From positions 1,566,904 through 1,630,903 of the forward strand of contig CAWKNI010000007.1 in the NCBI GenBank assembly GCA_963851005.1: DNA of 64,000 nt. Reading direction: 5' to 3'. Both the position numbers and the translations under genes were made by a program. The stretch's first letter is position 1. Each line of letters opens with the position of its first letter. This DNA comes from an uncultured delta proteobacterium (GTDB taxonomy: Bacteria > Desulfobacterota > Syntrophia > Syntrophales > Smithellaceae). Positions 25,203 to 34,394 of this stretch are shown in pieces. Below the pieces are notes generated by a model that was not told the DNA's origin, did not search any database, and was given only the letters and a program-made list of their open reading frames with translations.

Positions 25203-26396
25203 CTAGTCGAATAAACTTTTGTCGCGGCGATACCAGTAATTGGGAAGAACGCGGTACATAATTCTGGAAAGCACGTCTATATATTCTTTATTTCTCTTAT
25301 CAAACTGACAGGCTTGAATAATCATCTCTTTGATGGCATCTTTGTTGCCTGCTTCATTAAATATCCGGTGCGCGCAAGAGAAAAGCGGACTGTACATATT
25401 TTTCTTCTCCAGATATTTATGCACGTTTCTCACCGTATTAGGGCCTTCGGGAGTTCCATCAATTTTTTCCAGAACGCGCAAATTGGTTTCGATGGGATTA
25501 CCGGTATAGAGTTCATAAAAATATTTTCCGTAACGGTAATTCTTGCTGGCGAGCGACGAAACAGTCACATACATATCGCCTACGCCCGCCTGGCTGTGAA
25601 ACGCTTGAAAACTTCCACCCAGAAGGCGGGATAACGAACGGATTTCCACACCGGAGCGGCCGAAAATGGTGCCGGGGATGGAATCGCCCAATTGCAGCGA
25701 ATCGGCCAGCCCCTTGATATTCGCTACGATATTTTTTAAAGCGCCGCAGGCTTCCACTCCGACAATATCAAAATTATAATATGAATTAATTTCATGGCGG
25801 TTGAATTTAAGCAAATCTTCCCTGATGATATTGGCAATTCGTCTTTTGCCCGCGACTGTCAGACAAACGGGATTGCCCAGCGCGATATCCATATCAAAGA
25901 AAGGCCCACCGATGCATCCGATATGATATTTGTGTTTTAAGTTATACAAACTGTTGTTGATGAGTTGCGAAGGCGTTATCAGTTCTTTGGAAATTTCATC
26001 GGAAATCAATCCCTTGATCGGAGAAATAAGGCAGGTTTCCCCAACTTTTTTGTCGATCATCGGTTTGAGGTAATTGAGCATTTCCGGCAGGCGGTTCATC
26101 GTTATGGACAGAACGATGAAGTCATTATTTTCGACAATATGCTCTAGATCGTTTGTGGCGTATACTTTTGACGAAAGACGGGGAACGTTTTCCATCCCGC
26201 CCAGACGGTTAGCCAAGTCTCCGGTTAAGTGCAGAGGGTTTAAATGCTCTCTGTTTATCGCCTTACAAACTTCCGCATCATGATAGTAAATGGCAACACG
26301 TTTGTTGTCCCGGTCAAATTTATAGGCAAAAGAGGTGCCCAAACGACCCGGTCCAATAATGGCCACTCTCGTTCTATCTAAATTAGGAGTTAACAT
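25203..26396 (-). CDS. NAD(P)H-dependent glycerol-3-phosphate dehydrogenase-like protein (long form)
   Basis: Rossmann N-terminus RVAIIGPGRLGTSFA and a GpsA-like EACGALKNIVANIKG. At 397 aa it is longer than canonical GpsA. Confidence 0.65.
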   Translation of the reverse strand: MLTPNLDRTRVAIIGPGRLGTSFAYKFDRDNKRVAIYYHDAEVCKAINREHLNPLHLTGDLANRLGGMENVPRLSSKVYATNDLEHIVENNDFIVLSITMNRLPEMLNYLKPMIDKKVGETCLISPIKGLISDEISKELITPSQLINNSLYNLKHKYHIGCIGGPFFDMDIALGNPVCLTVAGKRRIANIIREDLLKFNRHEINSYYNFDIVGVEACGALKNIVANIKGLADSLQLGDSIPGTIFGRSGVEIRSLSRLLGGSFQAFHSQAGVGDMYVTVSSLASKNYRYGKYFYELYTGNPIETNLRVLEKIDGTPEGPNTVRNVHKYLEKKNMYSPLFSCAHRIFNEAGNKDAIKEMIIQACQFDKRNKEYIDVLSRIMYRVLPNYWYRRDKSLFD

Positions 26397-26510
26397 TAAT
26401 TATACTCTTTACCACAGTTTTAATTTGTTATTATAGGCAATAATGTATCCGGCTGTCAAATTCTAATAGCTTTTTTCCGAAAATAAAATTAAGCTAAACT
26501 CATTAATAAA

Positions 26511-26562
26511 GTGGGAACCCCGTCAGCAGGTGCCGGGGTATTCCAAGTCGCGGGATTAAATC
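26511..26562. repeat. family-2 palindromic unit
   Basis: GTGGGAACCCCGtcagcaggtgCCGGGGTATTCCAAGTCGCGGGATTAAATC, a paralogue of 18555-18606. Confidence 0.6.
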
Positions 26563-26735
26563 TTTTTAGTTGCACTATTATAAATTGTTGTTTTTTAAAA
26601 GCAATGCTTTAATCGCCCAACAATAATTGACTTTTTTATAAGGCAATTATTGAATGAAAAAATTATTCTAACGCTCGGTTGCAGATTTATAATTGATTGA
26701 AGAAAGTTAAATATTTTAAGCGAGATTATATTTTT

Positions 26736-27407
26736 ATGGCTGAAAAAAATGCGGCGCCCGAAGAAAAAAAGTTGTTTTTCCCAGATGAAAAAATAAAGGA
26801 AAGAAAATTTGTCCGAGAAGGCAAACTGGAAGGCGAATATTTTTCCTACTATCACAGCGGACAAGTGCTGGCGCAGGTTAATTTTGTTCGCGGAAAGAAA
26901 AATGGTTCCGCAGTGATTTATTATCACGACGGCCATTTAAGGGAAAAAGCAAACTACATTAACGACCAGATGGACGGCGAATATATTTCTTATTATGAAA
27001 ACGGGAATATCAGAGAACATGAATATTACAAAAAAGGCAAGCTCGAAGGCAAGTATCAGATTTATTATAAAACCGGACAATTAAAAGAAGAGGAGAATTT
27101 CAGGAACGGGAAATTTGACGGAGAATATATTTGTTACTATAAAAATGGGCAAGTCAAGGAAAGGGGATTTTTTAAAAACGATAAGAGGGAAGGCGAATAT
27201 CTTGCGTATTTCAAAAGCGGTAAGATAAAAGAAAAGTCCACCTATAAAAATGGAAATTGTGTAGGCAAATTTCTCGTTTTCAATGAAGACGGTTCCCATC
27301 CTTTGGAAGGGGATGCTGACGACAACGGCGGTTCCGGTAATTGGGAAGAAAAAGATATTGCCAATTTGCTCGATAATTTGAAACACTTCGACGAAAAACA
27401 AAAGTAA
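26736..27407 (+). CDS. MORN-repeat (YwqK-like) protein
   Basis: Seven or more repeats of the G.(L/F/M).GEY..YY.(N/S)G(Q/N) type. The ATG at 26736 is preferred over the track's TTG at 26697. Confidence 0.75.
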   Translation: MAEKNAAPEEKKLFFPDEKIKERKFVREGKLEGEYFSYYHSGQVLAQVNFVRGKKNGSAVIYYHDGHLREKANYINDQMDGEYISYYENGNIREHEYYKKGKLEGKYQIYYKTGQLKEEENFRNGKFDGEYICYYKNGQVKERGFFKNDKREGEYLAYFKSGKIKEKSTYKNGNCVGKFLVFNEDGSHPLEGDADDNGGSGNWEEKDIANLLDNLKHFDEKQK

Positions 27408-27437
27408 TCATGTTTCTGATTATAGACGGGAATCAAC

Positions 27438-28292
27438 ATGATAAAAAAAATACTCATTCCCACTGATGGTTCCGCTAATAGTCTCATAGCTTTGGAATAC
27501 GGAATTTATATCGCCCGTAAACTAGGCGCTGCCTTAATCGGTCTTTATGTTCTTGATGTTAATTTAATCCAGGGTCCGATGCTTACCGACATTTCCGGAT
27601 CAGTTGGGATACCGCCTAATGATGGTTTTTTTGATGCCCTTGAAAAATCTCTTAATGAAAAGGCGGATTGTATCTTAAAAGATTTTCAGGAACGCTGCCA
27701 AAAAGCAGGCATCAATGCCGAAGTAAAAAAAACGATTGGTAAAATAAGCTCAATAATCATCGAAGAAGCCCGAAGCGCCGATTTAATTTTAATGGCGAAA
27801 AAGGGCGAACACTTTCACCTGAAAGAAGGCGGACTTCTTGGTTCTGTTGCCGAAACTGTTGTGCGTGGTTCAGGCAAACCCGTACTGGTCACTCCCGAAA
27901 CTTTTCTGGAAATAGAAAGCATGGGGCTTGCTTACGACGGCAGTGATTCGGCGATAAAGGCCCTGCAGCTTTCTTTAAAATTATCGGAACAAGCCGCCTG
28001 GCCGCTGACGGTTGTCATCATCACATCAGATTCGAAAAAAGCTGCTGCGTTAGCAACACAGGTGGAAGAGGCAAATCAAAAAGATCCTGACGAGCCTCCG
28101 ATATCCGATTGTGCCATAATAAACTTGTCCGGAAAGGAATCCGATGAAATTATCAAGTTCATTCGGGAAGGAGCCGTGGAATTGATGGTTATGGGAGCCT
28201 ACGGGCACAATCGTCTGCGCGAATTATTAATTGGCAGCACCACATCTCAGGTTATCCGCAAAAGCCCGATACCGGTTTTGCTGATACGATAG
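27438..28292 (+). CDS. universal stress protein with tandem Usp domains
   Basis: KKILIPTDGSANSLIALEYG...GSVAETVVRGSGKPVLV, then a second domain, MGAYGHNRLRELLIGSTTSQVIRKSPIPVLL. Confidence 0.85.
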   Translation: MIKKILIPTDGSANSLIALEYGIYIARKLGAALIGLYVLDVNLIQGPMLTDISGSVGIPPNDGFFDALEKSLNEKADCILKDFQERCQKAGINAEVKKTIGKISSIIIEEARSADLILMAKKGEHFHLKEGGLLGSVAETVVRGSGKPVLVTPETFLEIESMGLAYDGSDSAIKALQLSLKLSEQAAWPLTVVIITSDSKKAAALATQVEEANQKDPDEPPISDCAIINLSGKESDEIIKFIREGAVELMVMGAYGHNRLRELLIGSTTSQVIRKSPIPVLLIR

Positions 28293-28308
28293 CCGGCGTA
28301 CGGGGATT

Positions 28309-28505
28309 GATACCAATTCGCATTCATTCTTCTACCTTTGTTGGCTGCGTCATCGGCTCCTCGACGTATATTAGAATACGCCTGCGTCGCCTCTTCCTTG
28401 CCCCGCCGAAGCGGGACAGTTCAACTAACGAATTCCAGTTCACTGCGCAACTGCAATTCGAGTTTCACTGCCGCCTCGGTATACTTTTGAATGCAAAATG
28501 GTATG
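28309..28505. mobile_element. MITE-like element, copy 5: composite variant with diverged but still complementary ends
   Basis: ATACCAATTCGCATTCA...TGAATGCAAAATGGTAT. The interior TTTGTTGGCTGCGTCATCGGCTCCTCGACGTATATTAGAATACGCCTGCGTCGCC is homologous to the other copies. The nested 73-nt insert lies at 28397-28469. Confidence 0.75.
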
Positions 28506-28660
28506 ATTGCACGCTCTTATTAATTCTTCCTTTATGTTGTTTTTCTTATTTTCCCAATCCACTCAACATTTTAATTTGCAATAGACAAAAATTACGTGTA
28601 GAATGAACTAATATATGTGTTGAGCATTAACTTCATTCTTATAAAAAAGGAGAAATAATT

Positions 28661-29110
28661 ATGCAAATTGTGAATATCGTTTTCCTTATATGTGTGATCG
28701 TAATAGGATTTGGAGTTTGGAAAATGAAAAAAGCATGCTGGCACAAAAACATATCTGTAGGTGATACGGCTCTTATTAAGAGCCTGCTTGACGAAGGGGC
28801 AGACATAAATGCAAAAGACGGCGATTTCACGTTGCTGATGAAGGCTGCCACTGAAGGTTATCTAAAAACCGCTAAATTGCTCATTGATAAAGGGGCGGAG
28901 ATTGATGCGAGAACTAATGAAGGCACCAGTGCGCTGATGGTTGCTTCATCGGGTGGGTATACAAAAATTGTTGAATTACTGATTAACGCAGGAGCGAATA
29001 CTAAGATAAAAAATAGTATGGGTTATACCGCGGAGATGTATGCTAAAGAAAAAGGTTATACAAACATCATTTCACTGCTTAATAAAGTGGGGGATAATAG
29101 TGGGTTTTAG
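28661..29110 (+). CDS. ankyrin-repeat protein with an N-terminal TM/signal anchor
   Basis: GDTALIKSLLDEGADINAKD, LMKAATEGYLKTAKLLIDKGAEIDARTNEGTSALMVASSGGYTKIVELLINAGAN. Confidence 0.85.
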   Translation: MQIVNIVFLICVIVIGFGVWKMKKACWHKNISVGDTALIKSLLDEGADINAKDGDFTLLMKAATEGYLKTAKLLIDKGAEIDARTNEGTSALMVASSGGYTKIVELLINAGANTKIKNSMGYTAEMYAKEKGYTNIISLLNKVGDNSGF

Positions 29111-29312
29111 ATATGAGGGTTGTTAAAAATATAGGCGGGTATTTACTCAACGATTTTTCTATGTGAAGTGTATGTTAGGTTAGTGTACTAATTCCGCTCA
29201 AAAGCTCTTCAATGTTTCTGAAAAGAGAGTCTATTTTTTTCCCAAAACTTCCTCGGGAATACACAAACCAAGTGCGGCGATGGCTGCACTGGATAAGTAG
29301 GTGATTTTTTTA

Positions 29313-30263
29313 ATGAGCAGCGACGCAGAAATTAAGTTATACAAAAAGCTGGCCGAGATAGGTGATGCTGCCGCCCAAAACCGGTTGGGTTTGATATCCC
29401 AGCATGGTGAGGGTGTTCCGCAGGACTATGCCGTGGCCGTCAAATGGTATCTCAAGGCGGCCGAACAGGGTTATGCTGCCGCCCAGAATAATCTGGGTTT
29501 AATATACCAAAGTGGTAAGGGAGTTAAGCAAGACTATGTTGAGGCCGTCAAATGGTATCTCAAGGCGGCTGAACAGGGTTATGTTGAAGCCCAGAATAAT
29601 CTGGGTTTGATGTACCAGGATGGTAAGGGAGTTGAGCAAGACTATGCTGAGGCCGTCAAATGGTATCTCAAGGCGGCTGAACAGGGTTATGCTGATGCCC
29701 AGAATAATCTGGGTTTGATGTACCAGAATGGTAAAGGTGTTGAGCAAGATGATGCTGAGGCAATCAGATGGTATCTCAAGGCGGCCGAACAGGGTTATGC
29801 TGCTGCCCAAAATAATCTGGGTTTGATTTACCAGAATGGTAAAAGTGTTAAACAGGACAATGTTGAGGCAATCAGATGGTATCTCAAGGCGGCTGAAAAT
29901 GGTTCTGCTGATGCCCAGAATAATCTGGGGTGGATATACCAGAGTGGTAAAGGTGTTAAGCAGGACAATACTGCAGCCATCAAATGGTATCTCAAGGCGG
30001 CTGAACAGCGTAGTGCTGTTGCCCAGTATAATCTAGGTTTGATGTATAGCAGAGGATTGCAAGACTATGCCGAGGCTGCAAGATGGTTTTTAAAAGCTGC
30101 TGAACAAGGAATTGCGGATGCACAGTTCAATTTGGGTTTGATATTAGAAGAAGGTAGAGGCGTTAAACAGGATTCAGATTCTGCTGCGATGTGGTATAGT
30201 GAAGCGGTTGAGCAAGGACATGCGGATGCCCAGTTAAGACTGGATAAGATAAAAGATAAATAA
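29313..30263 (+). CDS. Sel1-like repeat (SLR/TPR-like) protein
   Basis: About eight 36-aa repeats of AAQNNLGLIYQ.GKGV.QDY.EAVKWYLKAAEQGY. The ATG at 29313 is preferred over the GTG at 29301. Confidence 0.9.
   Translation: MSSDAEIKLYKKLAEIGDAAAQNRLGLISQHGEGVPQDYAVAVKWYLKAAEQGYAAAQNNLGLIYQSGKGVKQDYVEAVKWYLKAAEQGYVEAQNNLGLMYQDGKGVEQDYAEAVKWYLKAAEQGYADAQNNLGLMYQNGKGVEQDDAEAIRWYLKAAEQGYAAAQNNLGLIYQNGKSVKQDNVEAIRWYLKAAENGSADAQNNLGWIYQSGKGVKQDNTAAIKWYLKAAEQRSAVAQYNLGLMYSRGLQDYAEAARWFLKAAEQGIADAQFNLGLILEEGRGVKQDSDSAAMWYSEAVEQGHADAQLRLDKIKDK
29367..30050 (+). repeat. 108-bp tandem repeat inside the Sel1 gene
   Basis: GTCAAATGGTATCTCAAGGCGGC recurs at 29439, 29547 and 29655, with variants at 29763, 29871 and 29979, giving an exact 108-nt period. 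Long runs are identical at the nucleotide level. Confidence 0.85.
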
Positions 30264-30357
30264 CTAATGGTTTCCATTTTATTTCTCGATTAAAAATAAT
30301 TATTTTCACATAGTTCTTTACAAATCAATTTGCATAAAATCAAATGGAAAAACGATA

Positions 30358-30828
30358 ATGAAAAAACGGATGATGATCCGATTGGCTATTTCCCTGCTCT
30401 TATTAATAGGCATCTTCCCGCACACACAAGCATACGCCGAATCCTGTGAAAAGGTTGTTCATGCGCTCAATTTGCGGCTCTCACCCGGAATCAACGAGCC
30501 GGAACTTACCGAAATATTGCGCAACCTGAAGAGGACAAATAACAAAAAGCTTCCGGAGAAGTTCATAAACAAGCGAGATGTCCGGTCACTGGGATGGAAA
30601 CAGGGAATGGATATTGGGTCGGTGAGTGCATTGAGAGGATTCAGCATTGGCGGCGATCATTTCAGAAACCTGGAGGGCCGCTTGCCGAATAATAAATGGC
30701 GCGAGGCGGATCTTGACTATAAGGGCGGACATCGGGGCGGCAAACGCTTTATCTTTTCCCGCGATGGGGCGCGATTTGTTACAGTGGATCATTACAAAAC
30801 CTTTACGGAGGTGTCGGCATGCCGGTAA
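30358..30828 (+). CDS. secreted barnase-type ribonuclease (N1/T1/barnase family)
   Basis: Signal peptide ...LLLIGIFPHTQAYA. The core GGDHFRNLEGRLPNNKWREADLDYKGGHRGGKRFIFS...VTVDHYKTFTEV parallels barnase (F.N.EG.LP...W.EAD..Y..G.R....I......T.DHY.TF). Confidence 0.85.
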   Translation: MKKRMMIRLAISLLLLIGIFPHTQAYAESCEKVVHALNLRLSPGINEPELTEILRNLKRTNNKKLPEKFINKRDVRSLGWKQGMDIGSVSALRGFSIGGDHFRNLEGRLPNNKWREADLDYKGGHRGGKRFIFSRDGARFVTVDHYKTFTEVSACR

Positions 30829-31100
30829 AACGTTGCACATTAAACGGGAACACAATTAGTTCGCTTAATGATTTTTATGATCAAATCTCGAGCCTCAAGG
30901 ATATACCGGAGCACTTCGGACGCAATCTTGACGCGCTCTGGGATGTCCTTTCCGCGGATGTCGAAGGCCCGTTAGAAATTATCTGGGGAAACGCGGCCAC
31001 TTCCAAGAAGATGATGGGCAGGGATTTTGACCGGGTCATTAAATTGTTGCGGAATCTGGAAAAAGAACGGAACGATTTCATACTGAAAATCGATCTTTAA
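30819..31100 (+). CDS. barstar-family ribonuclease inhibitor
   Basis: LNGNTISSLNDFYDQISSLKDIPEHFGRNLDALWDVLSADVEGPLEIIW parallels barstar (ENLDALWDCLTG). It overlaps the RNase gene by 10 nt. Confidence 0.85.
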   Translation: MPVKRCTLNGNTISSLNDFYDQISSLKDIPEHFGRNLDALWDVLSADVEGPLEIIWGNAATSKKMMGRDFDRVIKLLRNLEKERNDFILKIDL

Positions 31101-31129
31101 TATAAGGCAGGTGAATAACCATTAAGGAT

Positions 31130-32707
31130 TTGCTGCCGTTAATTGCCGCTTTGGCAGGCGGCGTTCTGGCCTTTCTGGGCTATGCTGGATTTGACCAGTT
31201 CTATTTGGAATGGATATGCCTCGTGCCTATCTTGTGGGCGATTCGTGAGCAAAACCCGATCCGTGCTTTTTTCATCGGATGGTTCGCAGGCATCATAGGA
31301 CATGGCGGCGGCTTCTACTGGATCATTCACATGTTCCAGGAATTCGCGGGATTGTCATGGTGGCCGGCGTTTTTGGGCCTGTTGCTTCTTGCCGCGGCAA
31401 ACGGCATAGTGTTTGCGGTATGGGCAGGGGCCACGCAGTTCATCCGCCGCGGTACCGGCTGGAGCGTGATCTGGGTTTCACCCGTTGTATGGACTGCACT
31501 CGAAAAATTATGGCCAGAGGTTTTCCCCAATTACCTCGGTGCAAGCCAATATAAGCTGACTCTTTTAACGCAGATTTCCGATGTGACAGGTATCCTCGGT
31601 ATTACTTTCCTTGTTGTCTATGTTAATTCATTAATCTATACGATCATCGAGCGGCGGATTGAAAAGCAGCCCTTCCCCTGGCGTCCGGTGGCGTTTTTCG
31701 TTGCTGTCATTGTGCTGGTATTGTCTTACGGAGCAGTTCGCATCCATAGCGTTGACAAGAACGCGTCGATTGCTGAAAAGCTGACGGTCGGTCTGATTCA
31801 GACAAATCGTGGGGCGGGGGAAAAGCATGAGGACCGCGAGCGTTTTCTTCGCGAATATCAGGAAATGTCCAGAAAATTAATTGCCAAAAATAAGCTCGAC
31901 CTCATTGTTTGGCCCGAGAATGTCCTTACAATAAACCTCACGTCTCGAGAAGGACAGTTACCGCCCGATGTGTTGGGTGATCTCCATACACTAACATTGT
32001 TCGGTGCAATCTTGCGTATGGACCACAGTGATGGTACACGCTTTTACAATAGTTCGGTACTTGCAAACGGGATGGGTCAAATCCTCGGCACGTATGACAA
32101 AATGGTGCTCGTGCCTTTTGGCGAATTCATACCATTCGGTGAAACATTCCCCTGGCTGTATTCTTGGTCACCCTACTCGAGCCGCTTTTGGTCAGGAGAA
32201 AATATCGAGCCGCTCTTGCTCGGCACGCATCCGATATCAGTGAGCATTTGCTATGAGGATATCTTTCCCGAGCAGATTCGCATGCTGATGAACGGCGGGC
32301 GGGACCATCGAATTCCTGAGGCGATGTTCAACCTGACTGACGATTCCTGGTATGGCAATACGGTAGAACCAATGGAACACCTGGCCATTGCAAGCTTCCG
32401 GGCAATTGAGCATAGGCGTCCCCTTGTGCGGTCCACGACTACCGGCATTTCCGCGATCGTAGACCCGGTGGGCCGGCTCACCCATCGTACTGGGCAGTGG
32501 ACAAAAGAGACGCTTGTCGATCGGATTCCAATGATGCAGGGCTGCACGGCATACACTATGCTAGGGGACTGGATAGGCTGGCTGTGCGCGATCCTCGCCC
32601 TTCTCAGTATCGGCAGGGCGTATCAGTTGACCGGTCGCCGTATTAAGAGCAATGAGACGCATGATCGTAAACAGAAGAAGCGTGGCAAACGTCCGCGGAA
32701 AATGTGA
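31130..32707 (+). CDS. lnt: apolipoprotein N-acyltransferase
   Basis: N-terminal polytopic membrane region plus a CN-hydrolase domain (VGLIQTN, IVWPE, VSICYEDIFPE). TTG start. Confidence 0.85.
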   Translation: MLPLIAALAGGVLAFLGYAGFDQFYLEWICLVPILWAIREQNPIRAFFIGWFAGIIGHGGGFYWIIHMFQEFAGLSWWPAFLGLLLLAAANGIVFAVWAGATQFIRRGTGWSVIWVSPVVWTALEKLWPEVFPNYLGASQYKLTLLTQISDVTGILGITFLVVYVNSLIYTIIERRIEKQPFPWRPVAFFVAVIVLVLSYGAVRIHSVDKNASIAEKLTVGLIQTNRGAGEKHEDRERFLREYQEMSRKLIAKNKLDLIVWPENVLTINLTSREGQLPPDVLGDLHTLTLFGAILRMDHSDGTRFYNSSVLANGMGQILGTYDKMVLVPFGEFIPFGETFPWLYSWSPYSSRFWSGENIEPLLLGTHPISVSICYEDIFPEQIRMLMNGGRDHRIPEAMFNLTDDSWYGNTVEPMEHLAIASFRAIEHRRPLVRSTTTGISAIVDPVGRLTHRTGQWTKETLVDRIPMMQGCTAYTMLGDWIGWLCAILALLSIGRAYQLTGRRIKSNETHDRKQKKRGKRPRKM

Positions 32708-32847
32708 ACCAACTTGTATGAAGCGGGCCACATCTTTACCCTTGATAATAGGTCAAGTCTCTTCATGGCTCATTACTCCTTTTATTCGTCATCCGACTAA
32801 CTTTTTCTCCGCCCTTTAGATCAGGGTTTAAACCTGAGATGGCTGGG

Positions 32848-33858
32848 CTAGAATCTTTGACGCAGATTGAAATAGAAAACAACATCCGGTGATGTACTAG
32901 TCACCAGATCTTCCCCTATGCTGATGTCCATGGTCGATCCTCCCCACAGGGCTACTGTGCCCCCGGCAATAAACTGCACCGAATTAGCTGCCACTTCCCT
33001 TAGGTCGCTGTGGTTATAAAAAACGGGGTGAGCATCAGCTTGTACCTTAAGAGCCAAACGGGACAATGGGATCCATCCCAAACCGAGGCTGCCGAAACTG
33101 ACACAGCTTTTTTGCTGATCCGGTAAGACATCGCCATCGGTCATATAGAGTAATCCCGCCGCACCATAGGCTGTCCATTTGCCGGCCGCCATTCCCAAAT
33201 CGGTGCCTCCCGTTAACCATAAAGAAAAATCAGTGCTGCCGCTTCCCATGAGTTGGTGACTGTCTCCTGTTGGTAGCTTGATGTCGAAATTCAAAGAGAG
33301 ACCTCGGCCGGTCTTCTTATCTTCATAAAGTTGCAGGGCCATTGTGCCTTGAATATCACCGAAACCTTCACTAGAAGAGTTAACAAGTACTCGGTTAATG
33401 CCGTCCTTTTGGTACCAGTATAGCAAGCGGTTACTTGGTGCCTGATCACGCCCTCCTTCGGGAAAACCAAAGATACTGTGATATTCTTCAATAAAATTAT
33501 CCATAAAACCTCCTCCTTGGACAATATAGGGTATCTTGATGCCGAACTCCAGACCTTGAGAGAAGGCATGACGCACCGTTAAAGTAAAGCGCGTCGTTTC
33601 CCCATCTAGGAGGATTTGTTCCCGTTGATTTTCATCAGTAACAAAGTTGTTGGACAAGGCGACGTTCATTCCCACTTCCGTAGCACCTGCCGGGAGTAGT
33701 AAGAAATTGCCAATGCCGGGCAGGCCATAGATGCCGATTAAGGGACTCTGGTTGACGCTGTCAAAAGGGACAATCTCCAAGGGAAAAGCGGGCGCAGGCA
33801 TCGCCAATCCTAATAAAGAGAGGGTAAGCAAAGCCAGGGGAAGTATTTTCTTCTTCAT
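32848..33858 (-). CDS. predicted outer-membrane beta-barrel protein (DUF3187-like)
   Basis: Signal peptide MKKKILPLALLTLSLLGLAMPAPA, alternating beta-strand pattern and a C-terminal F. The start was moved to the ATG at 33858, which follows AAAGGAG. Confidence 0.55.
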   Translation of the reverse strand: MKKKILPLALLTLSLLGLAMPAPAFPLEIVPFDSVNQSPLIGIYGLPGIGNFLLLPAGATEVGMNVALSNNFVTDENQREQILLDGETTRFTLTVRHAFSQGLEFGIKIPYIVQGGGFMDNFIEEYHSIFGFPEGGRDQAPSNRLLYWYQKDGINRVLVNSSSEGFGDIQGTMALQLYEDKKTGRGLSLNFDIKLPTGDSHQLMGSGSTDFSLWLTGGTDLGMAAGKWTAYGAAGLLYMTDGDVLPDQQKSCVSFGSLGLGWIPLSRLALKVQADAHPVFYNHSDLREVAANSVQFIAGGTVALWGGSTMDISIGEDLVTSTSPDVVFYFNLRQRF

Positions 33859-34134
33859 GTAGTTACTCCTTTTCTGGATGGCGATATGGTGATATTTACG
33901 AGATGTATTAAGGCTTATAATGTTCATGTATTTGTGCCACAAATAATATGCTGATCGGGAATATATCAAATTCATATTATTCGCAAATCTGTTTCAATGT
34001 GTTATGCTGGTTATAAATGAAGGTCTCCGCTGTTACCTGCGGTTCATCTCTTTCCATCCGTAATACTCACAATTCTTCTATGTAAAAAAGCAAGTCCTAT
34101 CTATCGGTGGTTAAAAGAATCGGTAAAGGAGGTG

Positions 34135-34262
34135 TAATTCCATTTCTAAATCAAAGCGCTATTTTTGTTGGCGTCGTTGTCGGCCTCCTCAACGTATGTA
34201 TAATACGTCTCGTCGCCTCCGCCTAGCCGCCTCAATATCATCTTTGATTTAGAAATGGTATA
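34135..34262. mobile_element. MITE-like element, copy 6
   Basis: TAATTCCATTTCTAAATCAAAG...CTTTGATTTAGAAATGGTATA. The interior is nearly identical to copies 3 and 7. Confidence 0.85.
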
Positions 34263-34354
34263 AGAAATAATTGAGCTAAGACTTAATTGGACAATGTCTG
34301 TCAAGTTAAGTATAGGTCGGTACAACTCTCATATCCGAATTGGTATCAAAACAA

Positions 34355-34392
34355 AAGAGCAGAAGGTTTGTTTTGAATACCTTCTGCTCTTT
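34355..34392 (-). terminator. intrinsic terminator (probable end of the rbp transcript; the stem is usable on both strands)
   Basis: AAGAGCAGAAGG-n13-CCTTCTGCTCTT. On the minus strand it is followed by TTGTTTTGAT. Confidence 0.55.
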
Positions 34393-34394
34393 AT

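Noticed and set aside
26595-26936. 113-aa minus-strand ORF upstream of and overlapping the MORN-repeat gene.
   Set aside because: It is an AT-rich, low-complexity translation (FFFF runs). It overlaps the well-supported MORN-repeat gene on the other strand and has no SD.
29313-30263. Diversity-generating retroelement (template and variable repeat), suggested by the near-identical repeats in the Sel1 gene. The adhesin was considered as another possible target.
   Set aside because: There is no reverse transcriptase gene and no separate non-coding template repeat in the window. The differences between units are not adenine-specific. The pattern fits ordinary tandem duplication.
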